Assembly (NCBI GenBank): GCA_017499595.2
Contig: CM039004.1
Location: 1,302,001-1,366,000, forward strand
Source: Psilocybe cubensis
Lineage: Eukaryota
Direction: 5' to 3'
Length of the DNA stretch: 64,000 bases
The stretch's first letter is position 1, and each line of letters begins with the position of its first letter. Both the position numbers and the translations under genes were made by a program. Positions 13,703 to 24,949 of this stretch are shown here, one piece after another. Under the pieces are notes generated by a model that was given only the letters and a program-made list of their open reading frames with translations, searched no databases and was not told where the DNA came from.

Positions 13703-15379
13703 ATGGATCAGGTAACGATTTCGGAGTTACAACCTCTTCATATTACGCTAATTGGACCTGCCACTAGGAATCGTTTCGTCGTCTTCTCCAAACTCCACGT
13801 CCAGGAGGATCATCTACTCTCGGTTCAGCTTCGAGTTCACGTAGCTCCCTACTTCCCCCTCCAAAAAAGTGGGTTTTTTAATGAGCCGTATACATAGTTG
13901 GGTTGACGTTCGAATGACGAAAGAAAGATCGCAGAGGATGCCTCTCAACCGGCATTTAAGCCTAGGACCGTGAAGAAGAAAGCGCCAGATGCGAAAACTT
14001 CAAAATATCGCGACCGTGCGGCAGAACGAAGGGTTGGAGGTGGAAATGACTACGCACACGTGCGTTATTTTTGGCGAAACGTATGGATTTGCGGTGTTGC
14101 TAACTATATTGCTTTGGTATTATCAGGTTGAAGCCGTACTCGAAGACTTTGAGAGGAAAAATGCTGATGAAGACAAGGCGAAGGTGACTTTTATTTCTGT
14201 GATATGCAATAACAATGCTGACATTTTGGACTAGGTTGAAGAGCAGAGGAAGTATCTTGGTGGCGACAGCGAACATTCCATCCTTGTAAAAGGCCTTGAT
14301 TTTGCGTTACTTGAGCAGAATAAAGCGAGGTCTGTAATGACTAACGAAGATCTTGACGCTCTAGACCAAGCGTTTCTGGAGTCATCGTCCCATCCCCCGA
14401 CAACCGTTCCGAAGAAACGAACCCGTGAAGAGCTGCTGCGGGAACTGAAGGAGCAGAGAGCCGGTTCTAAATCAAGTAATAATTTTGCAGACGGCGCTGC
14501 TGATGAAGAAGCTCGCTTGCTGGAGCAGGCCAAGCTAAAGGGAAAATTCAAGCCTATAGGCCAGCCAGAAGTTAAAAAGAAGAAGAAGCTAAAATCAGAC
14601 GGTGCTGAAGGTGAAAAGAAGAAGAAGAAAAGAAAGGTAGACAATGAAGATTCTACCCTTTCAAAAGCAAACGCTCCAACGGGTTCCTCAATGCCTCCAC
14701 CACCTGACCCAGTAAAAGCGGGTTCCGAGCCAGCAAAAGTGGATACCACAAGTGTTCCTGCTCAGGAAGAGGTCATCGACGAAGATTTTGATATATTTGC
14801 CGGTGCAGGCGACTACGAAGGCATAGACCTCGGTGATGACGACGAAGAAAGTGAAACTGAAGCTAATAAGCCAAAATCTGACAACAATCCAGAAATCCCT
14901 AGAGGAAAATCCCCAGTGCCAGATGGTCCAAGGCGGTGGATAGAAACAGATGACGTGGAACTACCAACCAAACCCAGTATACCGCTTCCTACTTCTATAA
15001 CGAAACAGGCGTCATCATCCAGATCCTCACCTCCACGCCACGGGGATCTCAGTGACGACGAAGATATGGAGGGCGATCAGCCTATGCGACTCGTACCTCT
15101 TTCGAGCTCTGCGCTGCCATCAATAAAGGAATTCTTGGCCATGGATAAGGCTGCCAGTTCTCGGGACAAGAAAAAGAAACGCAAGGACAAGAAGAATGAT
15201 GGCGACGATAGAGATGAAGAATCATCGAAGAAGTCACTTGAAGCCAAAGTCGATCGAGATTATCAAAGGTGAGTTCTTGCTATACATGTGTAGAAAAAAG
15301 GATTCTGATACTGGACTTCGCCCCTTGTCGTAGGTTAAAATCGTTCACGGACAAGAAGGCTGCAGCAGACAAAAAATAA
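13703..15379 (+). CDS. RED/IK-like spliceosomal protein (RED N-terminal domain)
   Basis: A 9-nt first coding exon (MDQ) is followed by ESFRRLL, KYRDRAAERR and YLGGDSEHSILVKGLDFALL, with Lys-rich NLS-like runs. Stop TAA at 15377-15379. Confidence 0.88.
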
Positions 15380-15623
15380 CTATGTAGTCTACTTTCATTG
15401 GTGGAATATCATATAGACCGTATTGGGATTTTGCATCCTTTTTCTTCCGAGATTGTTAACGAGATCCCGTTGAACAAAATGATGGTGATTTTGCTTCCGG
15501 CGATCCTTCCTATCCTTCCTACAAAAATACCAATATGTAGCATCACTATTTTTCACTTCAGTGTTATTAAAGTTTTTTGGTATTGTAGTGGTAATGTAAC
15601 AACAACAAATAACAATGTAGACC

Positions 15624-17562
15624 TTAATAAATCCCTGGAATATATTTATATTTGACAATTTGGCAGTAGCGTTCCCAATCTTTGCCATACTTGATGGAGC
15701 ACCTATAGGAATAAAAATCGTAAATAATTTGCCCATAATCGCACATTTATCAAGGGACGAACCGTTCAAAGTCGCGAGTGCACCGATGCAAGAGGACAAC
15801 GATGAAGAATATGGAGTAGAAATATGGGATGATGCTAGCGGTGCCGATGATCGCGCCCCAGGTCAGACTCATCGTCCAGTCGGCGACGTAGTTGGGTTTG
15901 CGGGAGTATGCCCACCAACCGCTAGTAAGCAGACGGTTTCTAGATGTGTTTTCAGTAGGAGTTAGTACATCTTTCTGTAAGTAAGTTTTTTGTCGAACTG
16001 ACCCATGAGCGGTCTCAATGAAGGTCGGGTTCTTGACCGTGTTCCAGGGAAGTTGAGGGAAAGTTTTGCGGAATTCAGTGATTCCCTGAGTTTGCATTTT
16101 GAAGTGGCTCTTTTGAGCCATCGCGGTATCCCAACTGTGTACAATACGTGAGTAGGTATCTTTTTTCTTTTAAAAAAACGAGCATACATATAATAAGCAG
16201 TACAAAGAACTGTATAAATAAAGATGTAGCCCCCAGTCGAGAAGCGATAGGTAGAAGGATCATGGGAGGCCATGTAGACAACGGAATACACGTATGACTG
16301 TTGCCTTGATTAGAAGCGGAAGAAAAGAGATAATACATAAAACTTACGAAGGGTACACCAGAGAAGTTCCAGAATATAACCATGAAGCCCCATCTATTTA
16401 TAGAATCATTAGATAAAATTTCCATGTGGTACTTTTTTCGTTCGCTTACTTTTCATGGAACATATCCCAAGTTTGGGGAATGCACTCCTCTCCTTTGGCA
16501 CTGTAAAATTGATCAATACAGCTGATGCAAATTATAGTATTGTGAAGCATACCAAGCGTTGATATAGAATCCAGTGGCGAGGATCATAAAGGCCATGTTC
16601 TAAAAAAACAAATTAGAGTATATCCACAAAGACATACAAGTAAGGCATACAGGTGTGACATAGCCCAACTGTTCATACTGTTTGCAAGCCCCAGAGACAG
16701 AGAGGAAAAAGACAATGACCCATGGGATTCGGACCTCGGCCCACATCTTCAAGTCAATGGTTCCCAGGCGTGGGTTCAAGCAAGCACCCATGAAGTAATC
16801 GTAGAAGAAGTTTCCTGACATACGAATCTGGGTATTGGTCAAGACAGCATATAGATAGGTTATGAGGGAGACGCCGAAGCCGTAGAACATGGATACTGTC
16901 ATCAGGTGGCCATAGTTGTCTATGATCTCTGTCAAACGGAAGATGTGGTAATAGTGTAGAATGGCGGCGGTAATCAAAGTGGTATAGAGGCATGCTAGCG
17001 CGTTGCAGTTGTACCGAAGGGTTTTGTACCCGAGAGAAGGGACGGGAAGACCGTCTTGTTGATAGCCAGGCAGCAGCCAGGCAATAAATAGTTGGAAGAA
17101 AAAGTTTCCAGAGTAGACTTTCCAAGCATACAGGTTTGGACTGGCGTCCTAAAAAAAGAAAGTTGAGTAGTTTATTAATTCAAGACGTTGAGAACGTACT
17201 TTGGCTATATGTCCCCACATACGCCATAAGAAAGGTTTGATATCGTCGACAGAGGTAGGATGGACCAAGGAACCATCATAAAACCATAGACATATCCAAA
17301 GGTAGTACATCAAGATAGGGAAGCCGGTCATAATAGCGCAAACACCCAGAGGGCCGCCGAATTCATAACTATGAGAGTCGTCAAGAAAACATAACAAATA
17401 TGAAAAATACTGGGCATACGTTTCGTGTTTATCAAGTCGTTTGTCAACCTCGCGTCCAGCCTCTGTGACGACGAGTTTTTTAGGATTTCCATTGGTTGCA
17501 TTAGCCCGGTGGTGTATATCGGTAGGGAGAGTGGTCTGGATTCCACTCGCTGTTGAGGTCAT
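15624..17562 (-). CDS. ERG4: Delta24(24-1) sterol reductase, multi-exon
   Basis: [93 protein letters not shown] and [16 protein letters not shown]. Confidence 0.95.
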
Positions 17563-17895
17563 GATGGGAGGGGGGTGGGTCGCACGAAAAGTTGATGGGG
17601 TCGAACGACTTTTTATTAACAAGTGTCCGGCCGTGGTGTCGGTTGAGCACGTTAACTGCTTTTAGTAATTAGTGATGGACACGATGCACGTGATCGCAAT
17701 AATGCCGGATTCGGCAACCAACGGGCAACCAACCGGTTCAATTGCTCTGTGACGCTGACGTTACAAATTTGGCTGTTGACCCTCCGAGTGTAAGGGCACA
17801 ACCTTGCTCCTCGACCACATTGTGTTCCTATACCTTTTCTCTCCCTCTTTTTCCATCCCTAGTTAATTAGCAGCGTCCTTGTCATTCAAATAAAT

Positions 17896-20132
17896 ATGGC
17901 ATCTTCTGTTTTTTACAAGTTCAATTCAAGGAAGGACGAGTCCAGAGTGTCGTTCGATGGCACCGGTATATCTGTCTTCGATTTGAAACGTGAAATCATT
18001 CTTGCCAACAACATGGGTAAGGCGAACGATTTTGATCTCTATGTGTACGATGCGACGTCAAAGCAAGGTGCGTTTTGTGTCAGCCACCCTATCCCGATGA
18101 CTGAACCCTCCGAGGGCAGAGTTCAAAGATGATGCCCAAATTATCCCGCGATCGTCTTCTGTAATCGTAAAGCGTCTCCCTGCTGCTCGACCGGGCAAGG
18201 GCAAGGCGTCGTTGTATGTTAATGGGGGCGGTCCGCCGCCAATACCCACTTCCGAGCCCGTGTCCCGAGGGGGATCAGCCCCTGGTGGAATCACCTGGCA
18301 CAAGGGCTCCATGTCTAAGAGATTTGATGGCAAAGAAGAACCTACAACTGTATCTCCCTCCAAACAATCGACACCGACACCGGTGAGTAGCTCACGTATG
18401 TGCATCTGGTGGACTTCTCCTTTACAATTTTTTTCTCGACATAGACACCAGTGGTGGCAAGCCACATCACCAAAGAGGATGAGGCGGCCGCAATGGCTGC
18501 CATGTTCCAAGCCCAGACTCAGAACTGGGAAGAAACCCAAGAAAAGATGTCCCAGTTGGTGTTACCCTTCAGGGGTTTTTATTATCTATGTAGTAGCTTC
18601 GTGTCTAATGAACAATGTTTGCTTTTTTGTCTTGCCTTGCCTCTGCCTTTTTTTCCACAGCTCGCAACGTATTTATAACAATACACGAGGTACAGGCTTC
18701 AACCGCGGTGGAAAGCCTTTCCAGCCGCACCAATCTCACAGTGATAAGCCTCTGCCTCCTAGTTATGTGTGTTACCGCTGCGGACAGAAAGGTTCGCCAT
18801 TGCGCCTTGCTTGATGCCCTCAGGAAATGACTCATCTTTTTGCAATTTATAAAGGACATTGGATTCAGGATTGCCCGACGAATAGTGATCGTGAATTTGA
18901 CAACAGACCGCGTATCAAGAGAACGACAGGTATACCTAGAAGTATGTTAAAGGCGGTGGAAAACCCCAACAGTTCCGAACTGACACAGGGTGTGATGGTG
19001 ACTCCTGACGGAGGCTACGTTGTCGCTCAACCTGACGTGTAAGTTTCTGTATCTTCTTTCCTTCAAATTCTGCGTTTCAATCTCACTATGTAACCTTCAA
19101 GGGCATCATGGCAAAAGAAAGTGGCGCGCGTGAAAGGCTTGACAGCGCTCGAGGTCCGCGAGAAGGTGCCGTCGGACGCAACATTAGCATGTCCGATAGA
19201 CAACAAGCTTTTCCGGGACGCTGTAAAAACGCCGTGCTGTAATAAAGCCTACTGCGAGGAATGCATACAGACATATCTTCTTGAGCGAGATTTCGTGTGC
19301 CCGAATTGCCAGAAGAAGATCCCGTCGCTGGATAAACTCGCGGTGGACAAGCCCACGCGGACAAAGGTCACCGATTACATTGAGAAAGCTATCGAAGAGA
19401 GCAGAAAGGAAGGAGGCGAAGATGGCTCCGCTGCGAAATCTGACGCGAATGGCACACAGGTACGAGCACACTTTCACTTTTTTGTGTATTTTTACAACAT
19501 GCCAGCTATATTTCCGTAAACAACATTTTCTGACTATACCACACTCATTTTCTCCTCTTTTTCGTGGGGTTTGACTACCGCAGACCGGTGCATCGGACGA
19601 CGCGAACCTAGGCGAACAGGACATATACTCGGACCAGCAGCCCGACCTGAACATGGACATGTCCCAAATGCTCGTCGACCAGATCCCACAGCTGCAAGCG
19701 CAGATCGCACAGATCTCGCAGGCGCTGCAGAACCCGAACCTGCCGCGGGCGGTGCGGCAGCAGACGGAGCTGCAGCACCAGCAGCTGCAGATGCAGCTCG
19801 CGCATGCGCAGGCGGTGGCGCAGACGCTCGCGCTCGCGTCGTCGTATCAGCAGCAGCAGGTGCAGGTGCAGCAGGCGGCGGCGGCGGCTGTTGCGGCTGC
19901 TGCTGCGGGGGTGGGGGTGCCGGGTATGGGAGGGTTTGCGGCGCTTGGTGGGTATCAGCAGCAGCAGCAGCAACAGCAGTGGAATCAGTTTGGAGGTATG
20001 GGCGGTCAAGATTCGGCGTACCAGCGGTTGCCTGTGAATAATAGGCGGCGGAACTTGAAGCGCGATAGACCCGCGGATTTTTTTGAGACGACGAACCCTG
20101 ACGGGTCAAAGGTACCGCGATATTGGGAGTGA
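17896..20132 (+). CDS. MPE1: Cleavage/polyadenylation factor Mpe1/RBBP6 (DWNN ubiquitin-like domain, Zn knuckle, RING)
   Basis: MASSVFYKF DWNN domain, knuckle CYRCGQKGHWIQDCPT, RIKRTTGIPRS, RING CPIDNKLFRDAVKTPCC...CEECI...CPNC, and a Q/A-rich last exon. Confidence 0.95.
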
Positions 20133-20605
20133 TGTGGGTGAGATGAGAAGAAGGGTGGTTTGTGCTGGATTTTTTTTTATTATACGTCTCTTTGACTTGC
20201 TGGCTTAAAAATTCCAATACTTTCGGGGACTTATAACTGCGTTGTACGCTTAGCACGATAAACGCGCTGCGTGGACCGGTTCTTTTTTTTTTCTTCTCGC
20301 ATTTTATATAAAGGCAATTTGTTATCATTATTACTACTCTTCTGTACACCTTTGCACATTTTATTGCAACAATGAAAAAAACAACATTTTTGGCATCCCT
20401 CCTTCCTGTTTATTTTTATGGTTTTTTTTTTTGTTTCAAATGCGAGTGCGAGTTCAAATCCGAACGAAAAAAAAAAAATCAATAATAGGTAAAGTACAAA
20501 TGAATGGCTTAGAACTAAGGTATAAGTGTTTATGTTCATGTTTTTGTGAGTGATGAATGTACGAAATGCGAATAAGTAGAACGAACATCAGGCCTGAGCC
20601 TGAGT

Positions 20606-22960
20606 CTAAGCCTGAGCCTGAGCCTGCGCCTGAGCAGCCCCAGCCCCACCACCACCTCCTCCTCCCACTTTCTTCAAAAGCATCTGCTGATAATTGACCC
20701 ACGCAGCAATAAGCTACACAGAGAGAGAGTTAACAAACAATATCAAATTAAAAAATTAAAAAATAAAGAAAAAGGAGAAAGGAGGGAAGACAGACGAACC
20801 TCCTTCTGCCTCGAAATCATCCCTTCGAGGAAAGCTTGTAACGACTCTTTGAAATCCTCGATCCGCTCCTGCTCGAACCGCGCCATCTCAGTTTTGACTA
20901 GCTTTGAAACTTGCTCGTATTCGAGTTTTGCGTCTGACGCTCTTCGTTCCGCCTGTGTGCGTATATAAGTGAGTGAGTGAGTGTATGTGAGGGTTTTGGT
21001 GGTATCAGTAAAAGTAAATTTTTTTTAAAAAAAAATAAGAGATACGCACATCTGCGATCTGCGTCAACGAGTACCCCAGCCTGTCAGTTGGAATTTTCCC
21101 CTGTGCGCGGTTCTTCTCGTGCGTCTGTTTAGTGCGCAGTAGCTCGTTTTCCTGGTTTTTCCATGCGTGGTATACCCGGATGCGCGAGGAGAACGCCAGC
21201 TAGAAACGGCACATGCGTGTTAAGAGATACAATGGTACCAAGATACAACCATCCACTCACGCGAACAGAGTTGATCAACCGCGCATATTCATCCACTATC
21301 ATACGAACCACTATTAATTTAATGTAAACGGAAGAACACGTAGAAGAACGCACCGGTCGCCATGAGCGTCGTGAGATCGTGCTCTGCCTGTGCGCTTTGC
21401 AGGTCCTGCGCGGCGCGCTCGATGTCCGCGAGCCCCGCGAGCGAGTGGGCGAGCTGCTTGCCCACGTCCGATTCGGAGAGCTCGGTCACGTTCTGTGCGA
21501 ATTCGCCTGTCGCTGTGGCTAGTTCTAGGATTTGAATTAGATTTGGGAGAAGTTTTGGAGAGCTGGGTTGGGGTACGGACCGACGCGGTGTTTGGATACT
21601 AGCTCGATGGACTTGACGAGTCCGCGTAGTTGCGACTCGAGTCCGTCGAGGTACACTTTTTGTCTGTCAAACCACTGCCGAAATCGATATTAGCATCGAC
21701 CGAGTAGCACATAAGAAACAGCGCACCTCATCGGTCTCGTAAAACCTAGGTCCAGTAATGGACTGGCCGATACTCGCAATCAAGCCTCCCTTCTCACTCG
21801 CGATCTCCGCCTTGCGATGCTTGATATCCAACGCGAACGAGTCGCTCTCGAGAAACATCTTCAGGTCCGGGTCTTTACCCAACACGGGGTGGTTCGCGGT
21901 CTTGGTGATGCACTTTTCGAGCGCGACGCGGCGCTGCCTCACAAATTGATCGTCGAAGCGGCCGAAGGTGTTCTTCTCTGGGACAGGAGGAACGACGACG
22001 CCCGGGTTGTTCGCGGAGAGTGTTTCGTAGAGCCAGAGAAAGTCGGAGTAGCGCCGTAGCACGGAGAAGGAGGATTTGGCGAAGAGCGGGGAGGTGGTGC
22101 GGGTGTGCACGGTGTACATTGTGAATGAGCGGATGGGGTCGCCGACTTTTTGGGGGTCGTCGACGGTGATGGTGAAGACGGGCTGTAGGCCATTGGCGGG
22201 GGGTTTGGCGCTGCTTGTGGTCTGCGGGTGTAGGGTTAGTATGGAAGATTGTTTTGGAAGGGAAGATGGTACGGACTGGGGTGGTGGCTTCGGGGTGCTG
22301 CTTTTGGTAGGCCTGCATGATGGGCTTGTCGTCGTCGCTGTCGTCGTCGTCCTGGGGCTTTGCAGGGGCGGGTGGTGCGGCGGTGGGTGTAGGGAAGGAC
22401 TCGGATTGCCAGGGCGTCTGCTCGTGCTCGGTCTGCCATCCGCCGAGGGCCTCTCCGCCTAGGGAGAGGGCAGCTACGGAGCGCTCGAGGGGCGCATCAA
22501 GGGGCGTACGGAAGGCGGCTGAGGAGGAAGATGGAGCGGGTGGTGCGCTGCTCGATTGAGTGGGGGAAAGCGGGGGCGCGGGTGAAGCTATGTCGGATGG
22601 ATTTGTAGAGTCATGGGTGGTATGCTCTTCGAGGTTGTCTGGGCGGATGGTGGCTGTTTCTGAGAAGGAGGTGGTGGGGATGCTCTCGCGGAAGCCGGGT
22701 GAACGGGGGTTGGATCGCGACTCGTCGTCGTCGTCAGAGTGGTGAGCAGCGGAGTCGAGGGGGTCGGAATGATCAGGGATGGTGCTCGGTGGATCTTCAG
22801 TGGTAAATGGACTTGTGGAATCTGCAAAGGCATTCTCAGTGGCAAAGGGAGTGGCCCATGGATCTGGAGAGTTGGAACGGGGCTTTGCAAAGGGGTCTGC
22901 AAAGGGATTGTCCTCGAGAGCGTGGCGGGAGGGCGCAAGGAGATCGTCAAAGCCGTCCAT
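20606..22960 (-). CDS. VPS5: Retromer sorting nexin Vps5 (PX-BAR)
   Basis: MDGFDDLL acidic N-terminus; PX domain FTITVDDPQKVGD...VLRRYSDFLWLYETL..NNPGVVVPPVPEK; BAR exons ending EMARFEQERIEDFKESLQAFLEGMISRQKE/LIAAW. Stop TAG at 20606-20608. Confidence 0.93.
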
Positions 22961-23062
22961 GGCTAGTGGGAGAGGTAAGAGTGACAATACTTGGCGGTGA
23001 CAAGTTAAAAATAAGCAGCAGGCAAGAACGAGTTTAATTTATTCCTCTTCTTTCATCCACTC

Positions 23063-24891
23063 ATGTCTCTGCCAACGAATACGACGACGAGCAGCTCCTC
23101 TCTTTTTCTGTGATTATTTGTTCGCTGTGATATCATTTCTCACGATGACTTAAATTTCAATCACAGATCGTCTATTTCGTCCATTTCGAGCACAACCACC
23201 ATGGACAACTCGTCCTCTTCCAGTTCAACTTCCAGCTCCTCCTCCTCCTCCTCCTCTAGCTCTACTACCACTCTCTCCTCGTCCTCCGTCTCCAGCTCCA
23301 CTACGCCCCCGCCGCCGTCTTCCTCCTCCTCCTCGTCTACGACTCCACCGCCTTCCTCTTCTAGCTCGTCCTCCCAGCCACCACCACCGCCACCGCCCCA
23401 GTCTTCCTCCTCCTCGCTGCCTGTCTCGTCCAGCTCCACCCAGCCGCCGCCACCGCCGCCGCCCTCCTCCTCCTCCCGTCCCCCACCTTCTCCCTCCCCC
23501 TCACCCGACCCGCCACCACCAACGCCTCAGGTTATCATGTATGCTCTCTTTCTTATGTCATCCAATATGTCATTCACTTTTCTCCAGTTCTACTTTTTCT
23601 ACCCGCGTCGTTATTACCACAACTGATAGCCGAGGCTTCGTCTCTACTACTGCTCCCTTGGTCATCACAGAGACTTCTACTTCCACTCTCCAGGATGGCT
23701 CCCTCGTCACTGTCACTCAGACCTACTCAAATCCAACCCTCAGTCCAGACAACAACAACTCCAAGGGAAACTCGTCCGTTCTATTCCCAATTATCCACTC
23801 GTCTCCACGCTCACCCTTTAATTAAAGCTTCTTCTCAAATACAGGCGCCGTCGCTGCTGTCTTTGTCCTCGTAGGCCTTGCCGCCGCCGCCATCATCCTT
23901 TACCTCCTCTTCGCTCTCCGCCGCCGCCGCCGCACCCTGCGTCTCGAACACGACACTGCCGTCTCAGCCACCCTCGCAGCCGCAGGCTTCCACCGCACCC
24001 CCCTCGACGACGACGATGACCCCGCAGCAGGTGCCCGCCACTCTCGCCTATACAGCGGCGTTGGCAGCTCCATAGACGACCCCTTCCAGGCCCGTGCCAT
24101 CCTCCAGCGCCGCTCCAGCTCCGGTCTCGCCATGAGTTCCGTCCCTTCTGCCTCCGCAGGTCGCACCTCCGCATACCTCGACGACAACGGCGATTTCAAC
24201 CCTTATGCCAGTGGTGACTATATTCTCCCAGCTGCCGCACGCGACGGCGCGAATTACCTCAATAATGGTACTCAAGCACCACCGAATGCCGCACTCGTGG
24301 GTGGAATGAGGCGCGATCGGAGTAACAGCTCAGGGCTCGCGGAGATGAGCGCACATACCCATAATTACAGTAATAGCGGGAGCTTTGAGCCGCTCCTCGC
24401 GTCGTACTACCGCCGGTCAATGGGCACCGGGAACCCCCCGTCGCCTGTCCTGCCCCTCGTACCCCTCGGTGCGAGCGCAGGCCCAGACCCAGCCCCAGAT
24501 GTCGGACAGGAACCAAACACCGTCCGCTTCCCACCGGCATACTCGTCATCGCACGGGCACGAGCAGCCGTCTGTTGAGCCGCTGGTACAGATCTCCGGTG
24601 ATGACAATGGCAATGATAACGCGGACAAGGACGCCGCGTCGTCGGTGTACTCGAGCAATAGCTTGTTGGTGGATGAGAGGCTTGACCCGGGCTTGCGCCT
24701 GCGCCAGCGACTGCAGCGCGACACGTCTACGAGGGATCTGCGCGATGAGGAGGATTATTCGCGGCCTGTGCTTGGTGTATGTTCCCCCCTTTTTTATTTT
24801 TATTTTTATTCCTCGGTTTTGTTGACGCGTTGTGGGTCCGTGTTTATAGGTCCGGAATTTGCCTGATGCGGCTAGCCAGGTGTCTGCATAG
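23063..24891 (+). CDS. Ser/Thr/Pro-rich single-pass membrane protein with Wsc-type cytoplasmic tail
   Basis: ATG 23063 splices in frame (intron 23110-23166) to the S/P-rich exon. TM segment GAVAAVFVLVGLAAAAIILYLLFAL is followed by RRRRR. Tail reads DERLDP...LRDEEDYSRPVLG/VRNLPD. Confidence 0.8.
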
Positions 24892-24949
24892 GCATCTGTC
24901 TGCCCCTGGATAGTAACGCCCTTTCTCACTTTCAAAAGCGGGTCTTTGC

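Noticed and set aside
22229-22241. Telomere- or telomerase-template-like CTAACCCTA on the minus strand
   Set aside because: It is the branch point (ACTAAC) of a Vps5 intron.
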